A stretch of 64,000 bases of DNA. It comes from a virus. Positions 8,141-17,523 of this stretch are shown piece by piece. The position numbers were made by a program, and so were the translations under genes. The DNA lies in IMG/VR virus record IMGVR_UViG_3300045988_179945, positions 1 to 64,000 of that record; one strand, written 5' to 3'. Below the pieces are notes generated by a model that saw only the letters and a list, made by a program, of their open reading frames with translations, did no database searches and was not told the origin of the DNA. Numbering within the stretch: the first letter of the stretch is position 1; each line of letters opens with the position of its first letter.

Positions 8141-8361
8141 ATTTATTATATTTATTACGGCGAGGTCGCGTTCAAAATGCCGTATCTCAATTGGAAGACT
8201 GTCAAGAATTAACAAGAGGGGAGACCGTGGAATCGCATGTTCCACAGCCTCCCCGTACAGGCGGACACATTTAACGCGCACGCGGCGGCGCGTTGGCTCA
8301 GACCCGCGTTCAGACGGGCGGCACTTATGGTCTCAAGGTTCGGTTCGCCCACATCCGCCTG

Positions 8362-8511
8362 TCATGCGTCGCGGAACGCGCTGAAGCCTTTGCTCAATAC
8401 CTTCGAACGTTCCGCGATGCGCCTCAAAGTTTGGTCGGCGGCCTGTCTGAACGTGAGCTTGCCGTCAAAAGCCTTGACCAGACGACGGCCTGACAGAAAA
8501 CCTAAGCCCAT
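8362..8511 (-). CDS. small hypothetical protein (49 aa)
   Basis: strong GGAAGGAG RBS 7 nt before ATG; downstream of flotillin gene. Confidence 0.3.
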   Translation of the reverse strand: MGLGFLSGRRLVKAFDGKLTFRQAADQTLRRIAERSKVLSKGFSAFRDA

Positions 8512-8582
8512 GGTTTGCTCCTTCCGATACGAAAACAGTCGGGTCGTCTCGCATCCGACGTCCCGACTGTCAGACGGTTGGA

Positions 8583-9962
8583 CTACTCGGCGTCCTGCAT
8601 GGACTTTCCGGCGGCATGTCCGGCGACCATGCTGTTCAGCAACGCTTTCAGGTCGATGCCCAAGGATTGCGACAAGCCTTCGCTCAACTGGCTCACACTG
8701 TTCACCGTGTCGCCCACGAGCTTCGTGCTGTTTCCGTCGCCGTACATGGTGATGTGGTCAACCTTGGTGAGCGGTTCGGCGGCTGCTCGAATCATGTCGG
8801 GGAGAATCTGAATGTACTGTTGGGCGAGGATGTACGTGTTGTTCATCGCATTGTAGGCTTGGCCTTGGGCGCGGATTGCCTCGGCTTCGCCGACACCCTT
8901 CGCCTGTGCGGCGGAACCCTCGGCCTTGCCTTTGACCTCGGTCGCGTGTGCGTCCGCGTCGGCTGTGGATTGGATGGCCTGAGCCTCCTGCTGGCGTAGG
9001 TACAGTTCCGCGTCGGCGTGTTTTTGGGTTGTGTACATTTGCGCGTCGGCCTGCTGTTCGGCGGCGTAACGGTCGGCGTCGGCCTTCTTGCAGATGGTCG
9101 CGTTCAGTTTTTGCTCTTCGATTTCAGCGTTCTTCTGTTCGAGCACTGCCCTCTTCTCAGCGGCGGCGATTTCAGCCTCCTGCTCCTTGACCTTAAGGGT
9201 CTTGGACTGTTCGGCGCTGGTGATGCCCTTTACCGCGTCGGCCTCGGCTTGCGCCTTGTCGGCGATGGACTGGAGTTCCGCACGCTTCAGGTCGAGCTGG
9301 TTCTGGCGGACGGCCACATCCTGTTCCGCGTTGATGGACGCGAGTTTCGCGTTTCGGCTGATTTCCGCCGCCATCTCCGCGCCCATGTTGGCGATGACGC
9401 TTTGCCGGTCGGTGAAGTCCTGAATGTTGAACGTGGTCAATTGCAGTCCGAGCCGTTCCATGTCCACACGCGCGGATTCGGCAACGGTTTCGGCAAATGT
9501 GTCCCTGTTCTCCATTAGTTCCTTCAACTCGGTCTTGCCGATGACCTCGCGAAGCTTACCTAGGAGCACCTGAGTGACGTCCTTCTCCATGCGCTCCTTG
9601 GACTGGTTGAGATAGTTCTTGGCGGCGTTCTCCAACGCTTTGACCTGTTTGCCGTTCTCGTCCACGGTCGTGGTTTCCGACGCTATCTGGAAGTTCGCCA
9701 CGGCGTTCACGTCGATGAGGATGGCGTCCTTGGTAGGAATCGCCGTATCGGTTGACAGCAGGGATTGCACCGCGCCCAAGCTCAGCCAGTCCACGCGCAT
9801 GATGAACGGGATGATGAACGCGCTTCCGCCTGAGACGAAGCGTCTTCCGCCCGGTCCGGTGATGACCATGACCTTGTTGGCGGGGCAGACCTTGTAGCTT
9901 GCGGTTGCGAGAAGTGCGACAAGTACTACCGCTACCGCGCCGATAATGAGTGTTGTCGGCAT
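8583..9962 (-). CDS. flotillin/SPFH (band-7) family protein
   Basis: N-terminal TM, SPFH-like core, long A/E/Q/K coiled-coil region typical of flotillin/YqiK. Confidence 0.8.
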   Translation of the reverse strand: MPTTLIIGAVAVVLVALLATASYKVCPANKVMVITGPGGRRFVSGGSAFIIPFIMRVDWLSLGAVQSLLSTDTAIPTKDAILIDVNAVANFQIASETTTVDENGKQVKALENAAKNYLNQSKERMEKDVTQVLLGKLREVIGKTELKELMENRDTFAETVAESARVDMERLGLQLTTFNIQDFTDRQSVIANMGAEMAAEISRNAKLASINAEQDVAVRQNQLDLKRAELQSIADKAQAEADAVKGITSAEQSKTLKVKEQEAEIAAAEKRAVLEQKNAEIEEQKLNATICKKADADRYAAEQQADAQMYTTQKHADAELYLRQQEAQAIQSTADADAHATEVKGKAEGSAAQAKGVGEAEAIRAQGQAYNAMNNTYILAQQYIQILPDMIRAAAEPLTKVDHITMYGDGNSTKLVGDTVNSVSQLSEGLSQSLGIDLKALLNSMVAGHAAGKSMQDAE

Positions 9963-9980
9963 GTTTTTCCTTTCTCTTTT

Positions 9981-10000
9981 TTGTGGGCGAACCCACTATA
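9981..10000 (-). promoter_or_regulatory. degenerate copy of the promoter motif upstream of flotillin gene
   Basis: TTGTGGGCGAACCCACTATA against the TTGTGTGAACAATTCCAGTATA consensus. Confidence 0.45.
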
Positions 10001-10013
10001 ACAAAACTCGTTT

Positions 10014-11354
10014 TCAGACTTCGGAACCGAAGTCTGCGGCCATGTCCGCGAACTTGGAGCATTCGCCCATGAACGCGAGGTTGAACGTGTCGGTCGGACC
10101 ATTGCGATGCTTGGCGAGAATCACGTCGGCCTCGCCCGGACGTTCCTCACGGTCGTAGTATTCGGGACGATGCACGAGGAACACCATGTCCGCGTCCTGT
10201 TCGATGGAGCCGGATTCACGCAGGTCGGACAGTTCCGGTCTTTTGTCGGCACGTTGTTCCGAGTTGCGGTTCAACTGGGAGAGCACGACCACGGGGCATT
10301 GCAGTTCCTTGGCGAGCATCTTGCATTGGCGGGAGAAGTTCGACACTTCCTGCTGGCGGTTCTCGACGTTCTTGCCTGAAGTCATGAGTTGCAGGTAGTC
10401 GATGACGACGAGTTTCAGCCCGTTGACCTTGCGGCTGAGAGCACGGCATTTCGCTCGGATGGTGCTCATGTTGATGATGGCGGAATCGTCAATCCACAAT
10501 GGTGCGTGTTCGACGTGACGGCAGAGGTTGTCGAGCTTGTCCCAATCGTTCCGGTTCAAGTATTCGGGGTGTTGGAAGGATGCGAGCCGGATTCCTGTTT
10601 CCGCGGCGAACATGCGTTGCATGAGTTCGTGTCCGCCCATCTCCAGACTGAATATCACGGTGGGCAGGTTGTTGTGCAGTGCGGCGTTGCGGGCGAAGTC
10701 CATGCCGAGCGTGCTTTTGCCCATGCCCGGACGTCCGGCGACAATGACCATCTGTCCGGCTTGCAGTCCATGCGTCAAAGTGTCGATGTCACGGAAGCCG
10801 GTGGGTGTTCCGAAGTTGTTCGGATGCTGTTGCATGTCGTCCAACTGTTGGAGCATTTCGTCGGACAACCGGTATGCGGTCTTCAGTTCGTCGTCTTCGT
10901 TCCGGCTTGCGTCCTCCAACTCGAACGCGGCCTCCAAGGATTTGCGGAGCACGTCTTCGGCGGAAGCGTCGGTCACGCCGCTCATCTGCTGCAATTTTTG
11001 GCCGGTTTCGCCGATACGACGCAGGATTGCCGCGTCCCTGACCTGTTTGACGAAATAGCCGCTGTTGCTTGTGGATGGTGCGGCGCTTACGAGCTGGGCT
11101 ATGTAGTCGATGCCGCCGACCTTTTCCAACTCGCCGTTGTCCATCATGTGCGAGGACAGCATTTGCGCGTCCACACGGTTGTTTTCGGCCGCCAGTTCCT
11201 TGATGTTGTGGAAGATGGTCTGATGGTTTGGCTGGTAGAAATCATGTTCGGACAATTGTCCGATGACCTTGTCCAAGGTCTCAGGGTCTTGGAGCATGGC
11301 TCCGAGCACGACCTGTTCGGGCATGTCCTTATGGATTGGAGTGGTGTCGCTCAC
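10014..11354 (-). CDS. dnaB: replicative DNA helicase DnaB
   Basis: N-terminal DnaB domain (QVVLGAMLQDPETL), Walker A AGRPGMGKSTLGMDFA, RecA-like C-terminal domain; probable GTG start with AAGGGG RBS. Confidence 0.85.
   Translation of the reverse strand: MSDTTPIHKDMPEQVVLGAMLQDPETLDKVIGQLSEHDFYQPNHQTIFHNIKELAAENNRVDAQMLSSHMMDNGELEKVGGIDYIAQLVSAAPSTSNSGYFVKQVRDAAILRRIGETGQKLQQMSGVTDASAEDVLRKSLEAAFELEDASRNEDDELKTAYRLSDEMLQQLDDMQQHPNNFGTPTGFRDIDTLTHGLQAGQMVIVAGRPGMGKSTLGMDFARNAALHNNLPTVIFSLEMGGHELMQRMFAAETGIRLASFQHPEYLNRNDWDKLDNLCRHVEHAPLWIDDSAIINMSTIRAKCRALSRKVNGLKLVVIDYLQLMTSGKNVENRQQEVSNFSRQCKMLAKELQCPVVVLSQLNRNSEQRADKRPELSDLRESGSIEQDADMVFLVHRPEYYDREERPGEADVILAKHRNGPTDTFNLAFMGECSKFADMAADFGSEV
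10015..10036 (-). terminator. perfect 10-bp palindrome CAGACTTCGG-AA-CCGAAGTCTG at dnaB stop
   Basis: hairpin overlapping dnaB stop codon, followed by a U-rich stretch on the minus strand. Confidence 0.45.
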
Positions 11355-11719
11355 TTGTCGGAATTCCCCTTATCCGCGATATGCTTCCAATGTTTTCTCA
11401 ACTCCGCGTAGCATCGGTGCTCTTCCTCCAATCGGCTTGCCCGACCGTCGCATGGGTGGCTGGCCCAATGGTAGATGCAACGTTCGATGCGTTTGTATCC
11501 GAGGATTTCCGGTCCGAGATTGTGGCTGCGGAAGATGCTGGCGGGCTTCTCTCCCCGCAGGTATCGGAGGGTCACTTCGTCTTGGAATTCAGTGGTGAAG
11601 ATAATCCACCAGCCGCGACGGGTGTTGCGCACGTCCGCGACTTCCGGTCGTTTCGCCTCCTCCAAGGCTTCCTTGGAGGAGAGTTTTTTCGATAGGCTTG
11701 GTTTAGTCTTTTCAGCCAT
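11351..11719 (-). CDS. small HTH-like protein (122 aa)
   Basis: overlaps dnaB start by 4 nt; segment resembling IS3-OrfA-type HTH. Confidence 0.4.
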   Translation of the reverse strand: MAEKTKPSLSKKLSSKEALEEAKRPEVADVRNTRRGWWIIFTTEFQDEVTLRYLRGEKPASIFRSHNLGPEILGYKRIERCIYHWASHPCDGRASRLEEEHRCYAELRKHWKHIADKGNSDK

Positions 11720-11738
11720 TTCTGACGGTTCCTTTCTT

Positions 11739-13502
11739 TTAGATTGCGTCGGGGAATTGTTCGGTCGGGGAGAATTTCAGAAGCTTCACCGTCGCCCCTT
11801 CACGCCACTTGTTCCACGCCTTGACGGTGATTCCTATGATGCGTCGGCGGCTTGTGCGGTCGCTGTGCGCTCCACGCTTGTTGATGTCGAACAGTGTGTT
11901 TCGCAACACGAGGATGGGATTCCCTTCGTCAAGGTTCGCACCGGTGGCGAGCATGTCGAAGAACCTTTCGCACGCCTCCCCGTCGATTTCGGAGAACGTC
12001 CAGTAGATGAGCGCGGCCATGCTGACGGACATGAGATGGTTGCTTTTCGCGTAGAACGCGCTGGCCTGTCGTAGCGTGTCCTCCAATCGTGGAGTGTTCT
12101 CGATGAAAGACAACAGTTCGTTGCGGGTCGGGGAAGCGCTGTTCAGGCATGCCGCCTCGACGCCCAATTGTTCGCTTAGATAGATGGAACGGGCGACGGT
12201 GGCGAGCTGTTTAGTGTTGGAACGGCCTTGTAGTTCGAGCACGTTCGCCATGGTTCGTGTCTTGCCCGCGTCCATGGTCTCCTGTGTTTCCTCCGGCAGT
12301 CCACGGATGACGAGGGTGCGGAACGGCACGCCGGATTCGACGCAGGCGAGGAGCCTGTGCTGTCCGTCCAACAGACGTCCCGTGCTGCTGAATTTGATTG
12401 CCTCTCCGTTCATCTGCCATGCCTGTTGCGCCATGGTGCGGGCGAACAGTTCGACCTGTTTGCGGCTCACGTTGCGGTTGTTGGTGTTCGAGCCGAGCAT
12501 TTCCTTCGCCATGTCGGGCGTGATGGTCTCGACTCGTCCGGTGATGGTGTCCCAATTGGTTTCGCCGGTCGTGGCGGCACGGTTTGGAGTGGCTTTCTCC
12601 ACCGGTTCCTCCGGTTTCAGGTGGATAAGCAGAGTGGTTTTCGGCTTGCCGGAATGCCGTCTGGTTTCGGCTTTCGGAGGCTTCACTTCGACCGTCTCGT
12701 ATTGTTCCGTCGTGTCCGCCTGATTCGCGGCGAAGGCGTACGCGGTCATGGTGAACGCGAGCATGAACCTGTCCACCGCCCGCTTCGGCGGGAACATGCC
12801 CATCTCGTCCACGATGCGGGAGATGTTCGACGGGGTGATGTACGGGCAATGGTTGACGACCGTATCCAATCCCGTCTCGTATTCCCTCTGTCCGAAGAAT
12901 ACGAACGGCGCTAGGGGAGTGCGGGCCTGAGCCATGCCACGGTAGCATTGTCCGACCTCATCGTAGATTTCGTTGATTTTACGGAGTGAGGATACGGCGT
13001 CGATACCGTTCCCGTTCACGGCTTCCGAATAATCGTATCCGCTGCTTTTGAACAGGCGCTCATTGTATCGGCTGGTGTCTCGCAGTCCGGGGCATCGTCC
13101 GAAGCCGAGCGTTGTCCCGTTGCCTTTCGTACCGTCCGCTTTTTTCAGATTCCCCTTGTTGAACCAGTATGCCTCCATGTCGGCTGAGAACGGTTTCGCC
13201 GTTACCTGTTTGGTGAGGTTGCGTCCGGTCATGCGACCGAAGTATTCGCCGTCCATGTTGACGAGCACGGGAAGTCCGGTGCCGATGAAAATGTTGTCTG
13301 GAATCAGGTCGTACCATTCCGGCATGATGTCGTGGCCGTCCATGTAGTTGAGGATTCGTCCTACGCTGGCACGGTCGATGAACACGGTGTCGGCTTTGGC
13401 GAACAGGTCGATGTCGAGGGTCAACGCTTTGCATACGGGTTGCAGGTCATGCTGAATCATGGTCATGAACCGTGGCTCGGTTTTCATGTCTTTGCTGGAC
13501 AT
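11739..13502 (-). CDS. ParB/Srx-like nuclease-domain protein with long N-terminal extension
   Basis: C-terminal ParB-like domain with LLDGQHRL motif; probable start MSSKDM, the ORF-track start being a TTG further upstream. Confidence 0.7.
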   Translation of the reverse strand: MSSKDMKTEPRFMTMIQHDLQPVCKALTLDIDLFAKADTVFIDRASVGRILNYMDGHDIMPEWYDLIPDNIFIGTGLPVLVNMDGEYFGRMTGRNLTKQVTAKPFSADMEAYWFNKGNLKKADGTKGNGTTLGFGRCPGLRDTSRYNERLFKSSGYDYSEAVNGNGIDAVSSLRKINEIYDEVGQCYRGMAQARTPLAPFVFFGQREYETGLDTVVNHCPYITPSNISRIVDEMGMFPPKRAVDRFMLAFTMTAYAFAANQADTTEQYETVEVKPPKAETRRHSGKPKTTLLIHLKPEEPVEKATPNRAATTGETNWDTITGRVETITPDMAKEMLGSNTNNRNVSRKQVELFARTMAQQAWQMNGEAIKFSSTGRLLDGQHRLLACVESGVPFRTLVIRGLPEETQETMDAGKTRTMANVLELQGRSNTKQLATVARSIYLSEQLGVEAACLNSASPTRNELLSFIENTPRLEDTLRQASAFYAKSNHLMSVSMAALIYWTFSEIDGEACERFFDMLATGANLDEGNPILVLRNTLFDINKRGAHSDRTSRRRIIGITVKAWNKWREGATVKLLKFSPTEQFPDAI

Positions 13503-14110
13503 TTCACTTCTTTCAAGTGTTTCAGCATACGGTAGGTTTTCGGAGCGCAACCGGAGGGATTGTGTTCCTCCTGCCGATACTGTTCTTCGATTTCATCCCA
13601 ATGTCTGACGATGGTTTCCCAGTCGGCTGACACGTCGCCCATGAGGCTCAGATACGCTCGGGCGGCGGGCACCATGTCGAACATTGCAAGTATCCGGCGT
13701 ATGTCGCCGGGGTCTATCGGCGTGTCCTCGCATCCGTCTTTCCGTACGCCGTTCGCGGTCATGGTGATGCCGGTGAGTCGTTGGACGATGGCGAGGGAGC
13801 TGAGTCCCACGTCTCCGTTGGCGAGCCATTCCGAGAAGGATTCCAAGGGGAGGACTGTCGTGCAATTCATGTCCGTAATCGTTGGCGCGAGACCGGTGAC
13901 GAGTCTTGTCTTCGGGACTGTCAGAACGTATAGGGGACGTTCGTCTTTGTCGGGCATCCGCCCGTGTATGAGGTGGCCGTTGACGAATACCGTGGGTTGC
14001 TCGTCGTCGTAGATGCGGATGGTGCAGGTGTCTTCGTCCAATGTTTCAGGCTTCCATCCAGCGAAGGCTTTCGTCCATGTAGTCTCTGATTTTCCGGAGG
14101 TCTTCCGCAT
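13484..14110 (-). CDS. hypothetical protein (208 aa)
   Basis: ORF in the same minus-strand operon; start uncertain. Confidence 0.4.
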   Translation of the reverse strand: MRKTSGKSETTWTKAFAGWKPETLDEDTCTIRIYDDEQPTVFVNGHLIHGRMPDKDERPLYVLTVPKTRLVTGLAPTITDMNCTTVLPLESFSEWLANGDVGLSSLAIVQRLTGITMTANGVRKDGCEDTPIDPGDIRRILAMFDMVPAARAYLSLMGDVSADWETIVRHWDEIEEQYRQEEHNPSGCAPKTYRMLKHLKEVKCPAKT

Positions 14111-14270
14111 TGTTGACGACGACGCTGGATGCGATTCCGTCTCCGATGGTAGTGAACATGAGTTCCTTGCCGAAGGCGGTGAATTGGATGATGGTGAGCT
14201 TGTTGTCGGACTCGTTGTCGATGACTTGCAGGGTGTTTGTATTGCCGTTGCAGTATTCGCGTGCGCTCAT
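14046..14270 (-). CDS. hypothetical protein (74 aa)
   Basis: AAGGAAAAAA upstream of the ATG; overlaps the next ORF, so the start is uncertain. Confidence 0.35.
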   Translation of the reverse strand: MSAREYCNGNTNTLQVIDNESDNKLTIIQFTAFGKELMFTTIGDGIASSVVVNNAEDLRKIRDYMDESLRWMEA

Positions 14271-14400
14271 TGTCTGCGTTTTTTCCTTGTCCTGTTGGCT
14301 GGTTTGTATGTGGGCGCGTCCAGCTTAACACACTATGTGGGGGTATGCAAACGGCAGCAGGTTGCGAGGTCGCGAAGTTGCGTATGGCAATACTCTTTGT

Positions 14401-14422
14401 TATACTGGAATCGTCCACAAAA
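14401..14422 (+). promoter_or_regulatory. conserved promoter/operator motif copy (plus orientation)
   Basis: TATACTGGAATCGTCCACAAAA. Confidence 0.7.
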
Positions 14423-14469
14423 AAAGGGAGCCACACACTCCCAACCACGCCAGAAAAAAAGAAGAAACC

Positions 14470-14646
14470 ATGAGCAAGCAGACGGAAAACAACATCAACC
14501 TGACATTGACACTCATCGCAATCGTCAGCGCATTCCTCATGTGGAGACAGGATTACGGCCACGTGGTCATGGCAATCACCAGCATCACGTTCCTACTCAG
14601 CTCCGCCGCACTGCTCGCTCACTTCCTCAACGGATTGGACGCCTAA
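14470..14646 (+). CDS. small membrane protein (58 aa)
   Basis: first ATG after motif; two hydrophobic helices. Confidence 0.5.
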   Translation: MSKQTENNINLTLTLIAIVSAFLMWRQDYGHVVMAITSITFLLSSAALLAHFLNGLDA

Positions 14647-14718
14647 CAAGAACAGAATGCCCCAGCCTGAAAAAGACTGGGGCATAGGCATGTCACCACA
14701 CAGAAAAAGGCAACACAC

Positions 14719-15099
14719 ATGGAAACCAAACCCAAAACGGAACAGAAACCGAAAACCGAACTCGACCGACTCCTAGAAAAAAACGAGCGCATGCAGGACG
14801 CGCTGCTCGACCTCAAAGACACGATAAGCCGAATGATTGGCGAGGGCAGACTGCCGAACGACGACGAAACCCGACAGTGGCTCGAAGGAATCGACAGCAA
14901 GCTCAAAAACGAATACGCAGACCGTGACGTCCTGCTGTTCAACCATGGTTCGATGACCACGGTCGTTCCACCGGCGACGGAACGCTACCGCCCGGATTTG
15001 AACATCCGCTATCAGGAACTCGCCTCCACCATCAACGAAACGTATGCGTCCGCCGACCGCAAGTACTGGCTGGGACGTATTCAGCAAGCCGGACTGTGA
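14719..15099 (+). CDS. hypothetical coiled-coil protein (126 aa)
   Basis: ORF in + operon. Confidence 0.5.
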   Translation: METKPKTEQKPKTELDRLLEKNERMQDALLDLKDTISRMIGEGRLPNDDETRQWLEGIDSKLKNEYADRDVLLFNHGSMTTVVPPATERYRPDLNIRYQELASTINETYASADRKYWLGRIQQAGL

Positions 15100-15470
15100 A
15101 CGCAACCAAGAAGGAACCCCACGGGAGAACAATGCCGGAGCCGATACAGACATACCATCCAACATTGGAAAAAACAAGGAAGCTTTTCCAACTGCGGGAA
15201 AGGCTTTGCGAGATAGCGGACGGGAAAAACGAAGGGTCAATCCCCTACGACGAAGCCAACAATCTGGCAGTCGAAGCCGTAGTGACAGCCAACGGAGGAA
15301 TGCCGAAAGCGACAAGCGGTCCAATGGTTCGTCTCTGCAAACTCTGCCGCAACGGTTGGATTCGCGAAGCGGCGGATGAAATGAAAATCGTATACCCCGA
15401 CTTGGATTCTCTCGAACAGTGGAGCAATCGTCGAGACCATCGCAAGAAGGAAAGGAAGCAAAAGGGTTGA
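15096..15470 (+). CDS. hypothetical protein, paralog 1 (124 aa)
   Basis: shares a LCKLCRNGWIREAADEMKIVYPDLD segment with the next ORF (LERICRNGWVSEAVKRIPELYPYLD). Confidence 0.5.
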   Translation: MNATKKEPHGRTMPEPIQTYHPTLEKTRKLFQLRERLCEIADGKNEGSIPYDEANNLAVEAVVTANGGMPKATSGPMVRLCKLCRNGWIREAADEMKIVYPDLDSLEQWSNRRDHRKKERKQKG

Positions 15471-15808
15471 GCGAGAACGAGTCCAACAAAGAGAATAAGG
15501 GCAGGACTTCCACTCCGGCACGACCGTACGCCAACGACATGGAGGCAGTCAATCGGCTCAGAAGACAGTTGACCGCCATCTCCGCCAGCAAAGACAGTGG
15601 ACTAATCACATCCGAACAGGCCAACGCGAAAGCCGTGGAAGCCATCGGAAAGACCCGAGAAGCAAAATCGAAATACCTCCAACGCAAGCCGTTGGACTAT
15701 CTGGAACGCATCTGCCGCAACGGTTGGGTCAGCGAAGCGGTAAAGAGAATTCCCGAACTCTACCCGTATCTAGACCATCCCGACCGGTGGATTCGCAAGG
15801 ATGAATAG
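15419..15808 (+). CDS. hypothetical protein, paralog 2 (start uncertain)
   Basis: duplicated C-terminal domain; overlaps the previous ORF. Confidence 0.4.
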   Translation: MEQSSRPSQEGKEAKGLSENESNKENKGRTSTPARPYANDMEAVNRLRRQLTAISASKDSGLITSEQANAKAVEAIGKTREAKSKYLQRKPLDYLERICRNGWVSEAVKRIPELYPYLDHPDRWIRKDE

Positions 15809-16041
15809 TGTTGCCTGACGAGCGTTCCCAAGTGTCACTGCTTCTCATACTGCTGTCCATTCTGAGCTTGTCCGCAATGGTTCATTACGCCCGTCTTTCC
15901 CTTGGACGCATGAGCCGTATGCCTGATGAGGAGTCCCGTTCCGACCTGTTCAACTATCGGCTGATGACTGTGATTTCACTGTTGGTGTTGACCGTCTCGG
16001 TCGTAGCCATCATCGCGTACAACAAGTCTTTTTACCAGTGA
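15808..16041 (+). CDS. small membrane protein (77 aa)
   Basis: two TM helices. Confidence 0.45.
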   Translation: MLPDERSQVSLLLILLSILSLSAMVHYARLSLGRMSRMPDEESRSDLFNYRLMTVISLLVLTVSVVAIIAYNKSFYQ

Positions 16042-17045
16042 CCCTACGGTTTTCCACGAGGACACGTGAACCAATTCCCGAAAGGTGGAGCATATTGAAC
16101 AAAACGGAGATTCTGCGTCTGGTCAAAGCCGCATGCGACGAAGACCATTTGAGATTCGCGCAGCAAATCAGATTATTGGCCGACTCCTACGAGCAGGAAA
16201 AGCCATCCGCCTCCGTTGACAGGCTGCGACGGCTAGCCGAACTGGAACAGGCGAAAGGGCAGTCATCCAATCCGAACCTGACCCCGGTGGACGGGTTGAC
16301 CGAACCGCTGCCGGTATTGGACGGAACGCACGAGCCGGTCTGGGACAAGACCGTAGAGGAGACGCTGGATGGACTCGTGGAGGAGCACCGTCATTCCGAC
16401 GTATTGGTTTCGCACAATCTCACCCCACGGAACAAAATCATCCTTACCGGAGCGCCCGGCACGGGCAAGACCACGTTCACATCCATACTCGCCGAACGTC
16501 TCGGATTGCCCGGCATCGTTCTTCGTGCTGACCGTGTGATAAACAGTCAGCTCGGCAAGACCTTGAACAACATCGCATTGGTGTTCGACCGGCTCCACGC
16601 GGAACGTCGGCTTCTTTTCATCGACGAATGCGACATGCTTCTCGCCCGTCGAGACAACGTTCAGGATGTGGCGGAGATGCGCCGCGCAACCAATTTCATG
16701 TTGCAAAAAATCGACTCGCTTCCCGACGATTGCGTGCTCGTCTGCGCGACCAACATGACCAGTCTCATTGACCGTGCCGCATGGCGACGGTTTGACGTGA
16801 GAATCCGGTTGAACATGACGGACAAGCCCGCCTCAAGGATTATCGTCGTCCGTCGTCTTAAGGAACTGAACGTCAAATCCGATGTTCCAGCCGATTTCGA
16901 CATGTCCGGCGTCAGCCCATCCCTGCTTGTCCAAACCGTAGACGGTTTGGCTCGTAACGCTTTGATTTCCGGGTCGGAGACCATTCCCACGGAAACGCTT
17001 CTCAAAGCTTTTGACTCTTTGAAAAAGGAGATTCCAAACCTGTGA
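16038..17045 (+). CDS. AAA+ ATPase
   Basis: Walker A GAPGTGKTT, Walker B LLFIDECD, second region of homology CATN...AAWRRFD; alternative TTG start near 16095 with GGTGGAG RBS. Confidence 0.75.
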   Translation: MTLRFSTRTREPIPERWSILNKTEILRLVKAACDEDHLRFAQQIRLLADSYEQEKPSASVDRLRRLAELEQAKGQSSNPNLTPVDGLTEPLPVLDGTHEPVWDKTVEETLDGLVEEHRHSDVLVSHNLTPRNKIILTGAPGTGKTTFTSILAERLGLPGIVLRADRVINSQLGKTLNNIALVFDRLHAERRLLFIDECDMLLARRDNVQDVAEMRRATNFMLQKIDSLPDDCVLVCATNMTSLIDRAAWRRFDVRIRLNMTDKPASRIIVVRRLKELNVKSDVPADFDMSGVSPSLLVQTVDGLARNALISGSETIPTETLLKAFDSLKKEIPNL

Positions 17046-17049
17046 AAAA

Positions 17050-17379
17050 GTGGGTGAATCGTCAAAACGCCCACGCCGACGAAAAGGAAAGGCGGGTGGA
17101 ATGCAAGACGATGGACAACAACGAAAACAAATACCGTCGAAGTCGCTGAAACGTTCTGACAGGCAACCGAAACTATCGGACATTGCCATGCTTGACCGTG
17201 GCTGCCAGTTGTGGATTCGTGAAGCCCGCAAGGGTAATATAACGGACACGTCCAAGACGTTGGAGCGTATCCGCTACCAGCTTCGATTGGAACGCAGGGC
17301 GTCCGGCGAGTCGGGACGAAATTCGTGCAGACCTGTTTCGGAGGATAAAAAACCTGACGTGGACGACACGTCTGAATAA
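17050..17379 (+). CDS. basic hypothetical protein (109 aa)
   Basis: ORF only; Arg/Lys-rich. Confidence 0.3.
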   Translation: MGESSKRPRRRKGKAGGMQDDGQQRKQIPSKSLKRSDRQPKLSDIAMLDRGCQLWIREARKGNITDTSKTLERIRYQLRLERRASGESGRNSCRPVSEDKKPDVDDTSE

Positions 17380-17413
17380 AAGGCGGATAGGAGGAAATTC
17401 TAGGATTTTCAGT

Positions 17414-17446
17414 CCGGTGGTTGATATTGACCACCGGCTTTTTTCG
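17414..17446 (+). terminator. intrinsic terminator CCGGTGGT-loop-ACCACCGG plus T6
   Basis: 8-bp stem plus U-tract after the AAA operon. Confidence 0.65.
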
Positions 17447-17523
17447 TCTTCCAACCTTAACGTGGGGGTATGATTGTCTTATCGGCGGAAACCACACTCC
17501 GTCCACATCATTAAGGAGACACC

